Shown here one piece after another: positions 54,493 to 63,974 of a stretch of DNA of 64,000 bases. The notes under the pieces are model-generated. The model worked only from the letters and a program-made list of their open reading frames with translations. It made no database searches and was not told the origin of the DNA. The DNA is from Fidelibacterota bacterium. Its GTDB lineage: Bacteria; Fidelibacterota; UBA8477; JABMPR01. The number at the start of each line of letters is the position of its first letter. Positions within the stretch are counted from its first letter, which is position 1. The position numbers were made by a program, and so were the translations under genes. The stretch is from NCBI GenBank assembly GCA_013202495.1, contig JABMQQ010000067.1, forward strand, positions 7,143 through 71,142, read 5' to 3'.

Positions 54493-55608
54493 CTAAATGA
54501 TATCCAATTCATAAACACGATATCGTCGCAAGGGCTTGGCTCCCAGCTTTTCGATAGCGTTGACCATGGGCCAGTTATCTTCCAGCACGTAGTTAATCTC
54601 TATCCACAAATCCTTTGCATTGAGCGATTCATATAGCGCTCGATAAAGGAGGCTGTCCACGGCCTTACCCTGAAATTCAGGGATGACCCCCAGGGCGAAC
54701 ATACGATAGCGCCGCAGCCGCGGGATGCCCCACAGCAGCTTGATAAAACCAAAGGGAAACAAGCGCCCTTTCAATCCCTTGAGCAGGAAATTGATATCTG
54801 GGAGGGCAACGGCAAATCCGATGGGGCGTCCATTTTTATCCTCGGCAAAGAGCACACCCCGGGGTTGTATGATTTGCTTCATATCCTGTGCGATGGCATT
54901 GGCCTCGGCTTCCGTCACAGGAGAGAAGCCCCAATTTGCAACAATGCTCTTATTGGAGAGTTCAGTGAAGATTTGAACGTCCCGATCGTATTGCTTCATG
55001 TCAATGGGTCGAATGCTGACCCCATAGCGTTTGGCCACTGAATCAGTCAGTGTCAGGATGCGCTGGGGGATTTTATAGCCCTCTGCCATTGAGATAGACC
55101 AGCATAAAAGGTCCTTGGCCTTGTGCAGGCCGAAATCAACCAGGAATTCATTGTAATAGGGAGGATTGTATGGGGCCATGAGAACCGGGGAAGGCTCAAA
55201 TCCCTCCACCACCATACCGATTTCCTGTGAAACAAAACTCCAGGGCCCGCGCATCAGTGTGCAGCGTTGTTCCTTCAACCAATTCCTGGCAGCTTCCAGC
55301 AACAGTCCCGATGCCGTCTTGTCTGAAATGCATTCGAAGTAACCAAAGTGACCAATACGTTCTTTCCAGAAATCAACGGCTATGTTGTCCACAAATGCTG
55401 CGATGCGTCCGATGGTTTTCCCCTGGTCTTTTAACAGGAAGAGCTTGATGTCACAGTGTTCAAGAAAAGGATTTGAACTGGCATCAAATTGCTTGCGTTG
55501 TTCGCTCCGTAATTGAGGGATCCACACAGAATCATGGCGATATAATTCATAGGGAAACTCGATGAACTCAAGCCGCTCACGCTGTGAATTTACCGGATAA
55601 ATATTCAT
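54493..55608 (-). CDS. GNAT-fold N-acyltransferase-like protein (371-aa family)
   Basis: N-terminus MNIYPVNSQRERLEFIEFPYELYRHDSVWIPQL... and C-terminal FALGVIPEFQGKAVDSLL resemble a conserved uncharacterised GNAT family. Confidence 0.55.
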   Translation of the reverse strand: MNIYPVNSQRERLEFIEFPYELYRHDSVWIPQLRSEQRKQFDASSNPFLEHCDIKLFLLKDQGKTIGRIAAFVDNIAVDFWKERIGHFGYFECISDKTASGLLLEAARNWLKEQRCTLMRGPWSFVSQEIGMVVEGFEPSPVLMAPYNPPYYNEFLVDFGLHKAKDLLCWSISMAEGYKIPQRILTLTDSVAKRYGVSIRPIDMKQYDRDVQIFTELSNKSIVANWGFSPVTEAEANAIAQDMKQIIQPRGVLFAEDKNGRPIGFAVALPDINFLLKGLKGRLFPFGFIKLLWGIPRLRRYRMFALGVIPEFQGKAVDSLLYRALYESLNAKDLWIEINYVLEDNWPMVNAIEKLGAKPLRRYRVYELDII

Positions 55609-55693
55609 ACTATTGTCCCTCCTTTCAACATCATCTTCATTTCTGAAAAGCTGTCCCCTGGGTGTGTGTCAGCTCTAAGCCTTTGTTCGGTAC

Positions 55694-55945
55694 TTATTGC
55701 ATCGATTGCCTAAGCTCTATCTCGTTTATAATCACCATCCCGACATCAAATTTATAGTCAACCGCAAGTATGCGAGCACCAGTAGAATCTCTCAGCTCAG
55801 CATGTTCAATGGATTCTACTTTTTTAACTTGAACACTGTCGACATCATATTCTCTAATATGACCATACCTTTTTTGGATATATAACACATCCCCGACAAT
55901 GTTGGCCTTGTCAAATAGACTTGGGATAAGGACTGCCATTTTCAC
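55694..55945 (-). CDS. hypothetical protein
   Basis: 83-aa ORF with no recognisable motif. Confidence 0.35.
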   Translation of the reverse strand: MKMAVLIPSLFDKANIVGDVLYIQKRYGHIREYDVDSVQVKKVESIEHAELRDSTGARILAVDYKFDVGMVIINEIELRQSMQ

Positions 55946-56074
55946 CGAAAAAATGATAGCTCCACCTGAACGAAGACTGGCTTGTCTGTCGCCTGCCTTG
56001 GCGTAGATTGAGTAAATCGAAGTGAGGTAGCTGTTTCAGTGTAGACAGGTCTTTGTGAGTCAGCATATGCTTTT

Positions 56075-57055
56075 TCATCCATCATCAAGATGCTTTGTAA
56101 GAATCGGAAGTTTCTTGCCGTCTCCTCTTTCTCTCCAAAGATTAATATTACCACTACCAACTTCTGCAACCAGAGTACGCGTGTCCCTGCTTGACAGCCC
56201 AAGCATTCCTCCATGTGCGGTAAAGACAAGAGTTGTGTCTTTCTTCTCAACGTCCAACCAAGCCCAGAGGTCACTCCCTCCTCGGTATTCAGAACCGCAC
56301 CTCAGGAAGTATCGTTGTAATCTGTATGGAAGTTGTAGTACGATTGTATTCAGAGCATCCATGTTTACATCTCGTGGATAAAAACATGTTTTATATATGC
56401 CCTGTTTCTCAACAACGTCTCCATCTTGCTCAACCCTAGTCAGAATTGGAGTCGTGGAACATTCCACACACCCAAACTCAAGAAATAAGGAATCTTTATC
56501 TACAAAGGTGTCCAAATTGGTTTCCCTGCGCAGTGAGTCTAAATATTGCTGATCTATTATATATGCTTTATGCCGTTTTTTGAGGGAGACGTTGCGGCTT
56601 GCAGAATAGAATAATGTATCCAACTCCTGAACCTGTTTCCAAATATTGTCAAGCTCCATAAACTTTGCTGTATCAATCGATAGGTCATCATAGATGGAGA
56701 AATAGATCGAGTGTAAACGCTTCCTATCCCACGAAAGGGTACTATCCATTTTCATCATTTTCACACACTCTGAGGAAAGCACAGTTTTGGTTGGCTTGAT
56801 AAGATTAACCGCTCTTTTGAGCTGTACTGGTGCAGGAACAGAAGCAGGCTCTGGAATGGGGGCGGGATGAGGGTTTGGCCCTACGGCAGTAAGACAGGAG
56901 CTTAGACTCAATATGGAAAGCAGTATTGATGCTCTTTGGGTAATTTTGTTTAGTTTCGTCATTTTTCTCGTTCTGATTAATTCATTCATCTGTTTAGCTA
57001 ACGCTTTAAGCTTGAGCCCGTCTATGCCCAGGCCAGGTGAAACAGGCTTCATCAT
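56075..57055 (-). CDS. hypothetical lipoprotein, translationally coupled to the M23 peptidase gene
   Basis: The ATG overlaps the upstream stop (ATGA). An internal MTKLNKITQRASILLSILSLSSC signal/lipobox is present, so the true start may be ATG 56962. Confidence 0.55.
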   Translation of the reverse strand: MMKPVSPGLGIDGLKLKALAKQMNELIRTRKMTKLNKITQRASILLSILSLSSCLTAVGPNPHPAPIPEPASVPAPVQLKRAVNLIKPTKTVLSSECVKMMKMDSTLSWDRKRLHSIYFSIYDDLSIDTAKFMELDNIWKQVQELDTLFYSASRNVSLKKRHKAYIIDQQYLDSLRRETNLDTFVDKDSLFLEFGCVECSTTPILTRVEQDGDVVEKQGIYKTCFYPRDVNMDALNTIVLQLPYRLQRYFLRCGSEYRGGSDLWAWLDVEKKDTTLVFTAHGGMLGLSSRDTRTLVAEVGSGNINLWRERGDGKKLPILTKHLDDG

Positions 57056-58140
57056 CTCAAATAAACCATCTTAACAACACGTGAAAACTCACCCGCTTGA
57101 AGTCTGGCAAAATACATTCCCGAACTAACCAGTAACCCCGAAGCATCTGAGCCATTCCATTGTACTTTATAAGTACCGGCTGATTGAGATTCATGGACGA
57201 TATTTTTCACCTCACGACCATGAACGTCATAGATGGCGACGATTACATCGGAACGTACGGGTAGCGTGTAACGCAGGGAGGTATTCGGATTAAATGGATT
57301 TGGATAATTTTGGAAAAGCTCAGAACTGTTTGGGGATATCCGCTCTCTTTCATTAATCCTTGTGGTCGTGGTGGGAATATGATTTTCAGGATCGACAAAT
57401 CCGTATCCTACCAGGGGCTTCCAATATCCATAGGACCAGGAACCTGCTGATGGCTCGGTAAATACATCACTGCCTTCCTGTCCAACAAAGCTATAGAAGG
57501 TTTCATCGCCAGCGTCATTTGATCGATAAAGCCGAATTTCAAAATGCAGGTGAGGACCCCCCACGGTTTCAGAATATAAATTCATGGAGACGGTATCGCC
57601 TTGAGCAACATATTGCCCATCCATGTTTAAACCAGCACTGGAGTCCAGATCCAGGTCAAGGTGGGCATAGAGTGTTACCAACTTACCGATAGGAGTATTT
57701 GTACTATCGTATAGATCCTTAGAAATAGCCAGATAATGTCTGTATTTGGGGGCATCCACATAGGTACTCACATAGCCATCATAGACTGCGTACAGAGGTA
57801 GATGATCTTCATTATTCTCAAGATGTATATCAATGGCTGCGTGGTGTTGAGGTGCTCCTGCTGGACCACCAATGCCATCTCCAAACCCCCGTGTAATATT
57901 ATAGGCTGATATGCTGCCATCTTCTTGCTGCAGGGGATGCTGAAACTCAACTTCTCGCGCGTAATACACCAGTTTATTGATAGCTACTCTAAATGAGTCA
58001 CCTGGCTCAGCCAGGTAGTACTGTGGGGTCAGCATGTCTTCAAAGGGTCCATCTTCATTCTCCGGATAGGTGACCTGTGGATAGGCTATTTTAGAGAACA
58101 GTAGCAATGTGAGGGCACAAAAAATGAACCCCCGAGTCAT
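57052..58140 (-). CDS. M23 family metallopeptidase with T9SS-type C-terminal sorting domain
   Basis: HxxxD (HHAAIDIH), LYAHLD and HxH (GGPHLHFEI) motifs. The C-terminus is YPNPFNPNTSLRYTLP...VKMVYLR. Confidence 0.8.
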   Translation of the reverse strand: MTRGFIFCALTLLLFSKIAYPQVTYPENEDGPFEDMLTPQYYLAEPGDSFRVAINKLVYYAREVEFQHPLQQEDGSISAYNITRGFGDGIGGPAGAPQHHAAIDIHLENNEDHLPLYAVYDGYVSTYVDAPKYRHYLAISKDLYDSTNTPIGKLVTLYAHLDLDLDSSAGLNMDGQYVAQGDTVSMNLYSETVGGPHLHFEIRLYRSNDAGDETFYSFVGQEGSDVFTEPSAGSWSYGYWKPLVGYGFVDPENHIPTTTTRINERERISPNSSELFQNYPNPFNPNTSLRYTLPVRSDVIVAIYDVHGREVKNIVHESQSAGTYKVQWNGSDASGLLVSSGMYFARLQAGEFSRVVKMVYLR

Positions 58141-58185
58141 TTGCTCACGCTCAATTTCGTATAATTCTTATGAGTATGCCCTGCA

Positions 58186-60834
58186 TCATCTCAAATAAAC
58201 CATCTTAATAACACGCGAAAACTCACCGGCTTGAAGTCTGGCAAAATACATTCCCGAACTAACCTGTAGCCCCGAAGCATCTGAACCTCTCCATTGTACT
58301 TTATAAGTGCCGGCTGGTTGAGATTCATTGACGATGTTTTTCACCTCGCGACCCTGAATATCATAGACAACAAGCATGACATCAGATTGTTCTGGTAGTT
58401 TGTAATTAATGGTAGTAACCGGGTTAAAAGGATTGGGATAATTTTGCTGTAAGTCGAAATATTGTGGAATGCTGGTCTCGTCATCAACTCCAACGCTAGG
58501 ATCAATTGATGTAAGCATAATATCGTCAATAAGCCAAAGCACAGCAGAGCTTTCACGATAAGCTGTAAATCGAAGGGAGAAATCATCTGAATCTATAAAT
58601 TCGGATACGTCATATACTTTTTCTCCAGGCGGGCTTATTCCTGTAAATGTATCTCTGATACTCCAGACGCCATCAGCATGAAATTGCACTTGACCATAAC
58701 TTGCAGCGTCCATGAATTGATAAGCCATGGGAATGGAAAGCCAGGCTGCATCAAAATTGGTCAGGTCTAACGGTCTTGTATAAGTCATCGTATCTGTTGA
58801 GACGCCTGTTGAAGCAATATTTAGTTGAACCACATTTCCCCATTGATATTCTCCGGAAAAGAAAGACTCAAGAATACCGTTATCGAAACCCTCCCAGTAT
58901 TTTCTCTTCTGATACGACACATCATGATCCCAACTTCCAAGTGCTTCCAGCGTGCGTGAGCGAAAAGTGTAGACATCAGTGCTATCAGTGTTAGCGTTTT
59001 GACTGCCATCATTGGCAGTGACCCAATAGGACACTTCTTGATCTAATGCTGTCAGGTTGCCAGTAATCACGCCTTGATATGAATAATGCATCTTGAAATC
59101 AATTTCTGTTGAGTCAATGACTTCCATCTCAGTTGATTGCCGGGGTGAATCCCCGATGATCCAGTTCAGAACGACCTCAGACACTCCGTGACGATTGTCA
59201 GATATGGATTCAAGCTCAACAATTCTAGCCAGGGGTAGTAAATGGTGTACATCCTGAACTTGATCCAGACCTTCAAGAATTGGAGGCACTACATCGGGTC
59301 CAAAACTGAATTGTAATGTGTTTGTTGGTGCACCTAACGGCCAAGGATATTCACCATTTTCTGTGAATGTTATCATCCAATAATCCATTACCCGTGTCGT
59401 ATCTGTATCAATTGTGGGGATTGTTGCCTCCCAAATATGTGGATCTGTCTCAGTCAGAGAGACTATACTTACTTCATTGTTATGGCGATAGTATATGCTC
59501 CTCCCAAACAGATAAACTGAGTCTGGCTCCTCAATCTGAAAACGAAGGGAGAAAGGTCCTACAGATTCAGTATTAGTATGATCCGAGAGCTCTTCAATTC
59601 GCATAATATCATCTGGCATTTCCAGGTCTTGGTTCCAGAATTCCTTGACTAAATCGATTTGATCATAAAGAGCTGCCAAAGATCCAAGATTGGAAGACCC
59701 CTGAGCCAGCACAATCGCTCCTGATAGAGTTGTAGTCTCGCCGGGATTGAAATAACTGAGCTCAGCACCTAACATAAAGCGACCAAACCCAGCTGTGTAA
59801 TAATCACTTTGAATCCATCCCTCGCCTGTGACTGGATCCCCGTCGAAAGCCCAGGGTTGTCGTGAATTTGTAGTCGGATTTATGTAGCTCCAGTTATTCT
59901 GATTATTTAATTGAAGATAGTCGAATGTCTCTGAAACAGATTCAGGATCGGGAAAATCACCCCAGCCACCATTCAAAAAAGTGCTATAAGAGATCAATGA
60001 TCCCGGTGACTCCAATAGAGTATATCCAAGAGCAGGCGGGTGTAATCCATATATTTGATCCAGACCAACCTCGGGGTAGACATACCCATACCTTTCTTGA
60101 GGATCACATCCCAAAAAGCCCCTTAAATTTGGATCAACCCATACTCCAAGACACAATTGATCATAGCCTCGTTCTGATACATTTGTAATCTCCCAGGAAA
60201 AAAACACGACATTTTCCAGTAGTGGTTCATCACTATAGGCAAAAACTGAACTTTCCACTTCAATTCCGACTGGTTCAGTTGGAAAATAGGTGAATTGCGA
60301 GGTTGAATCTAAGTCATTCATGACTGACCAATGAAAAACATCTCCATTAAAACCGGGCTGATCAACATCTGGATTCCACACGTCATTGCTATCAAGATCA
60401 AGCCAAGTTGCACCTTGGTCTACTGGCCAGGTTTGCCACTCTGAATCTGAATTCTGATTCGTTGAAGAAATGGTATAAATATGATTTCCCGCTGAATCAG
60501 GATTGCTTCCATTTACTCCAGGGGAATAGTCAGTGGTATACTCAGCGATAGCAGCCCGGAAGTTTCGAACCATTCTATCATCTTGGGCAACCACCCACAA
60601 TCCTGAGCTGAATACGGCAATCTTATTACTTCCTGCAGGCCATTCGAGACCAGGATCGCCGAACTGGGCATAGCTAACCAGGTGACCATTATTGCTATGC
60701 ATCAATGAGATTTGATTTGCATCAACTAGCCTGTTGTCAATTTCAGCAAATAAGGCGAGGGGTAAAACAATTGCTCCCAGGATTAAGTGGATAGATAGTC
60801 CTACAACAAATTTAGAGATATTAGCTTTCTGCAT
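58186..60834 (-). CDS. large secreted protein (882 aa) with T9SS-type C-terminal sorting domain
   Basis: Signal/anchor at the N-terminus. The C-terminus is YPNPFNPVTTINYKLP...VIKMVYLR. No catalytic motif recognised. Confidence 0.7.
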   Translation of the reverse strand: MQKANISKFVVGLSIHLILGAIVLPLALFAEIDNRLVDANQISLMHSNNGHLVSYAQFGDPGLEWPAGSNKIAVFSSGLWVVAQDDRMVRNFRAAIAEYTTDYSPGVNGSNPDSAGNHIYTISSTNQNSDSEWQTWPVDQGATWLDLDSNDVWNPDVDQPGFNGDVFHWSVMNDLDSTSQFTYFPTEPVGIEVESSVFAYSDEPLLENVVFFSWEITNVSERGYDQLCLGVWVDPNLRGFLGCDPQERYGYVYPEVGLDQIYGLHPPALGYTLLESPGSLISYSTFLNGGWGDFPDPESVSETFDYLQLNNQNNWSYINPTTNSRQPWAFDGDPVTGEGWIQSDYYTAGFGRFMLGAELSYFNPGETTTLSGAIVLAQGSSNLGSLAALYDQIDLVKEFWNQDLEMPDDIMRIEELSDHTNTESVGPFSLRFQIEEPDSVYLFGRSIYYRHNNEVSIVSLTETDPHIWEATIPTIDTDTTRVMDYWMITFTENGEYPWPLGAPTNTLQFSFGPDVVPPILEGLDQVQDVHHLLPLARIVELESISDNRHGVSEVVLNWIIGDSPRQSTEMEVIDSTEIDFKMHYSYQGVITGNLTALDQEVSYWVTANDGSQNANTDSTDVYTFRSRTLEALGSWDHDVSYQKRKYWEGFDNGILESFFSGEYQWGNVVQLNIASTGVSTDTMTYTRPLDLTNFDAAWLSIPMAYQFMDAASYGQVQFHADGVWSIRDTFTGISPPGEKVYDVSEFIDSDDFSLRFTAYRESSAVLWLIDDIMLTSIDPSVGVDDETSIPQYFDLQQNYPNPFNPVTTINYKLPEQSDVMLVVYDIQGREVKNIVNESQPAGTYKVQWRGSDASGLQVSSGMYFARLQAGEFSRVIKMVYLR

Positions 60835-60929
60835 TTAGTAATTCTTTCCTTTACCATCAGTACAGTGCCTGTACTCTGTGTGGTTATCCAACGACAACAG
60901 TTAAGCGGGAGTCTCGTAGATGGGCTGCA

Positions 60930-63527
60930 TCACTTCAAATATACCATCTTAACAACACTCGAGTAATCACCTGCCTGGAGCCGTGCGAAGTACATTCCTG
61001 TGCTGACCTGTCTGCCATTTTGATTGTCCCCGTGCCAGTTAATGTCGTACCAGCCGGCATCTTGATTTAACCTTTTCCATGATATTATCTCACGACCCCG
61101 GATATCGTAAATGGTAAGCGTGACATCAGACAAAACGGGTAGTCCATACTTAATTGTTGTTGTGGGATTGAAAGGATTCGGGTAGTTCTGATAGAGGATT
61201 AAAGTCCTCGGTGTAAAATTTTGATGGTCCCCTGTAGGATCTATTGAAAGTGTGCTGGAGCAGACAATCTCAGAGGGTAATGATTCGGTCATGGGTTGGA
61301 AGTAGATTGATGTTGAATTCTCTGAAAAAAAACGAGTGATATGGTAACAATCATCATCCTCTGTGGGGGTTTCGTCGAGGTACTGATAGCGGGTGCTGAG
61401 AAAGGCTGTATCCCCACTTGCAGGTAGGTTATAATCCTCTGGATGTATACCGGAGTAAGTATTAAACCACCAGGTAGGTCCCATTCCTGTTGAATCAGAA
61501 ACATCATCTAAAAAAATGATCACATCTGATTCAGTAGCGTCAAAATTAAAAATACTATCTGGCCCCGACAGATTAAAAAAAGCAAAAGGAATATCTTGCC
61601 ATTCTTCATCAGTCCCAATGAATTCAGGGAATCTTTTCAGAACACAAAAATTAACGGGGATACTCGGCAATATTACGAAGCCGTCGAAGATACCAAACTC
61701 AGTCGAACTGTTACCCTGTGGTTCTATGAATGCAATTCGATATTCTGCCATGAGAGGCAATCCATGTATTTGAAGGCCAGTGTAGCGTTCCAAATCCAAA
61801 TCAGGCATATTTTCGCGACTCCAATAACCCCTGTGTAGTCCTAGATTTCCAGGAGCATACTCGAGGAATGAACCATTCCTGTATACCTTGAATTGGTAAT
61901 CAACCCGGTCATAGCTGTTTTCAGGTAAATGCTCTGCATCCCAGGAGACAATTAAAGCATTTCCTTCTGGTTGCAGCTCCAAATCAAAGGGAAAGGGGAC
62001 ATCCGCCACTCCAATTAACTCAGGTGGATATATGTTAAGGGGTAGAGTGGTGGTTTCTAATCCGTATACAGGATCGATGGATTGAGCAAAAATGTTCACC
62101 TCACCGGATTCAGGCAAGATTGCCGTTGTGTATTGAAAAGCGGTAGCTCCGCTCTCATCAGTGACGAGCCACAATGTATCTGTGGTTAGGTCGTTGGTGA
62201 TTTGAATGTTTTTTTCAGGGAAGGGAGTCCCAAAATAATCATTGAGTTGTAGATAAATAGAATCACTACTTACTCCGTCGTTGGCATAAACATAACCAAA
62301 TTTGGGATCCATTTCCATAACGGCAAATTGCTGCGGATTTGGTGAAAACCCATTATTGTAGAACGTCTGGACGGTTTCAATTTTATTCCACATCTCCGTT
62401 TCATCTCGGCTGAAAATAGTGGCATAAATGAATTGCTGCTCTTCTCCTGGAGCCAGCGGAAAATATCCAGATGATATCACCAAATTATAGTCCCCTGATA
62501 AGTGAACGGGCTCCCAGAATTCTCCTGGAGCCATCCAATCATTCCACAAATCGGCGCTGTTTGGACTAATTGCTGTACTGATCACTCGGATTGAGGATAT
62601 TCCGTTGTCATCTGGAGTCTCAAGTATCAGGTGTGCTGCAGTACCTACTGTATCTGGACCGTAATTTGCATTCCCAATATTATCTCCATCAAAGGACCAC
62701 AGGACCTGCTGGTCTAATTCGTAACTGACTTGATCATCATCACTATCACCATCCCCACCAAGCAAATCTGCAATCCATAAAGCCACCACATTGGTATCTA
62801 AGTGTTTGGTACCATCATTTTTCATTTTGTAGATATGGAACAACACATCATCCAATTCAGGGGTGTTCCAGGCGATGGTTCTATTTTCAATCATGATACC
62901 TGCCCCTTGTCGGGTATAATCGGTGGTGTCCGGAAAGTAAGTTCCATTTATTAGATGATTTAGATCATCGGAAGACCTGGAGTAAATTTCAGCACCCTCA
63001 ATAAAATAGTTTTTTCCGAAATAGCCGTCCCATGAGCCACACCAACCTGAATCAGTAGTATCAACGAGTTTATCTGGCCAACAATCAGGCCAGGAATTAA
63101 AATTTGTACTGATTGCAATACTATTTGAATTCGGCTCGAAATATCCGGGTACTGGTTCAAAATTCAGAGAGGATCCATCGACAGGATCTGTTGCATAATT
63201 TGGGCTCGTTACCAGTGGCTTTAAGCTACCATTCTCCGTAACCACCAGAGAACCAACAAATAAACCAGCAAGAGCGATGTAGTGCTGTTTTGTTCCATTA
63301 GGCCATTCATAAGGGATGTGTGTGGGCTGGGAACCGCCCGTTCTACCTGTAAAATTGTGATTAAAAACTGTGGCTCGAACTTGATTGGCTTCAATGTTTG
63401 TTTTCCGTCGAAACTCAGGATCTCCCCGCTCACTCGACGGTGCGTGTTGAGCCGATAAAGCGCTAACCAAGAGAAAGAATGAAATAATCATTTTTATAGG
63501 CTCAGATCGATAAATGTTGATTGCCAT
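60930..63527 (-). CDS. large secreted protein (865 aa) with T9SS-type C-terminal sorting domain
   Basis: Signal peptide. The C-terminus is YPNPFNPTTTIKYGLP...VVKMVYLK. The N-terminal EWPxG(T/S)...GL(W/F)VG block is shared with the 882-aa neighbour. Confidence 0.7.
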   Translation of the reverse strand: MAINIYRSEPIKMIISFFLLVSALSAQHAPSSERGDPEFRRKTNIEANQVRATVFNHNFTGRTGGSQPTHIPYEWPNGTKQHYIALAGLFVGSLVVTENGSLKPLVTSPNYATDPVDGSSLNFEPVPGYFEPNSNSIAISTNFNSWPDCWPDKLVDTTDSGWCGSWDGYFGKNYFIEGAEIYSRSSDDLNHLINGTYFPDTTDYTRQGAGIMIENRTIAWNTPELDDVLFHIYKMKNDGTKHLDTNVVALWIADLLGGDGDSDDDQVSYELDQQVLWSFDGDNIGNANYGPDTVGTAAHLILETPDDNGISSIRVISTAISPNSADLWNDWMAPGEFWEPVHLSGDYNLVISSGYFPLAPGEEQQFIYATIFSRDETEMWNKIETVQTFYNNGFSPNPQQFAVMEMDPKFGYVYANDGVSSDSIYLQLNDYFGTPFPEKNIQITNDLTTDTLWLVTDESGATAFQYTTAILPESGEVNIFAQSIDPVYGLETTTLPLNIYPPELIGVADVPFPFDLELQPEGNALIVSWDAEHLPENSYDRVDYQFKVYRNGSFLEYAPGNLGLHRGYWSRENMPDLDLERYTGLQIHGLPLMAEYRIAFIEPQGNSSTEFGIFDGFVILPSIPVNFCVLKRFPEFIGTDEEWQDIPFAFFNLSGPDSIFNFDATESDVIIFLDDVSDSTGMGPTWWFNTYSGIHPEDYNLPASGDTAFLSTRYQYLDETPTEDDDCYHITRFFSENSTSIYFQPMTESLPSEIVCSSTLSIDPTGDHQNFTPRTLILYQNYPNPFNPTTTIKYGLPVLSDVTLTIYDIRGREIISWKRLNQDAGWYDINWHGDNQNGRQVSTGMYFARLQAGDYSSVVKMVYLK

Positions 63528-63567
63528 ATCTTCCTCAGAATCTTCCTTGCGTGTAAGTCAGCTCAAA

Positions 63568-63582
63568 CCCCGCTAAGCGGGG
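63568..63582 (-). terminator. GC hairpin CCCCGC-tta-GCGGGG (terminator candidate)
   Basis: Identical hairpin to 53340-53354. It lies 20 nt downstream of the stop at 63603 and is followed by TTTG. Confidence 0.35.
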
Positions 63583-63602
63583 TAAGCCTTTGTTATATTG
63601 TA

Positions 63603-63974
63603 TCATTCTTGGAATGTTTTTGGTGATAAGCCGAAAACCCTGACTTCCATTTCTCTTAAAACCTTATTCTCCCTCAGATGATTGGCAGCAGGTACAACAT
63701 GTGCATTTGTGAACCGAAATTGGTCAGCATCCCTCACAGTTACTATTGCTAATGGAGTGATGTTACCATAATAAGGCGAATTATAAATCGACAATGTATA
63801 GTCAAAATATAAACCGTCAGAGGTTTGCTGTGAGAAACTCTGCAGATAGCTTGAATTACCAGAAACCATGTTTTCAATTACGTTTAATGACAGTGTATCC
63901 TTGCTTGATTCAGATTCAAAAATGATAGTAAAATCAAGATCCTCTATTTCTTCATCTTCACATAGTTCATGCAT
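63603..63974 (-). CDS. hypothetical protein (may extend beyond window edge)
   Basis: 123-aa ORF. The frame stays open upstream of the first ATG to the window end. Confidence 0.4.
   Translation of the reverse strand: MHELCEDEEIEDLDFTIIFESESSKDTLSLNVIENMVSGNSSYLQSFSQQTSDGLYFDYTLSIYNSPYYGNITPLAIVTVRDADQFRFTNAHVVPAANHLRENKVLREMEVRVFGLSPKTFQE

Noticed and set aside
55942-56274. 110-aa minus-strand ORF overlapping the 3' end of the 326-aa lipoprotein gene.
   Set aside because: It overlaps the longer, signal-bearing ORF out of frame and has an Arg/Leu-rich composition typical of an off-frame artefact.
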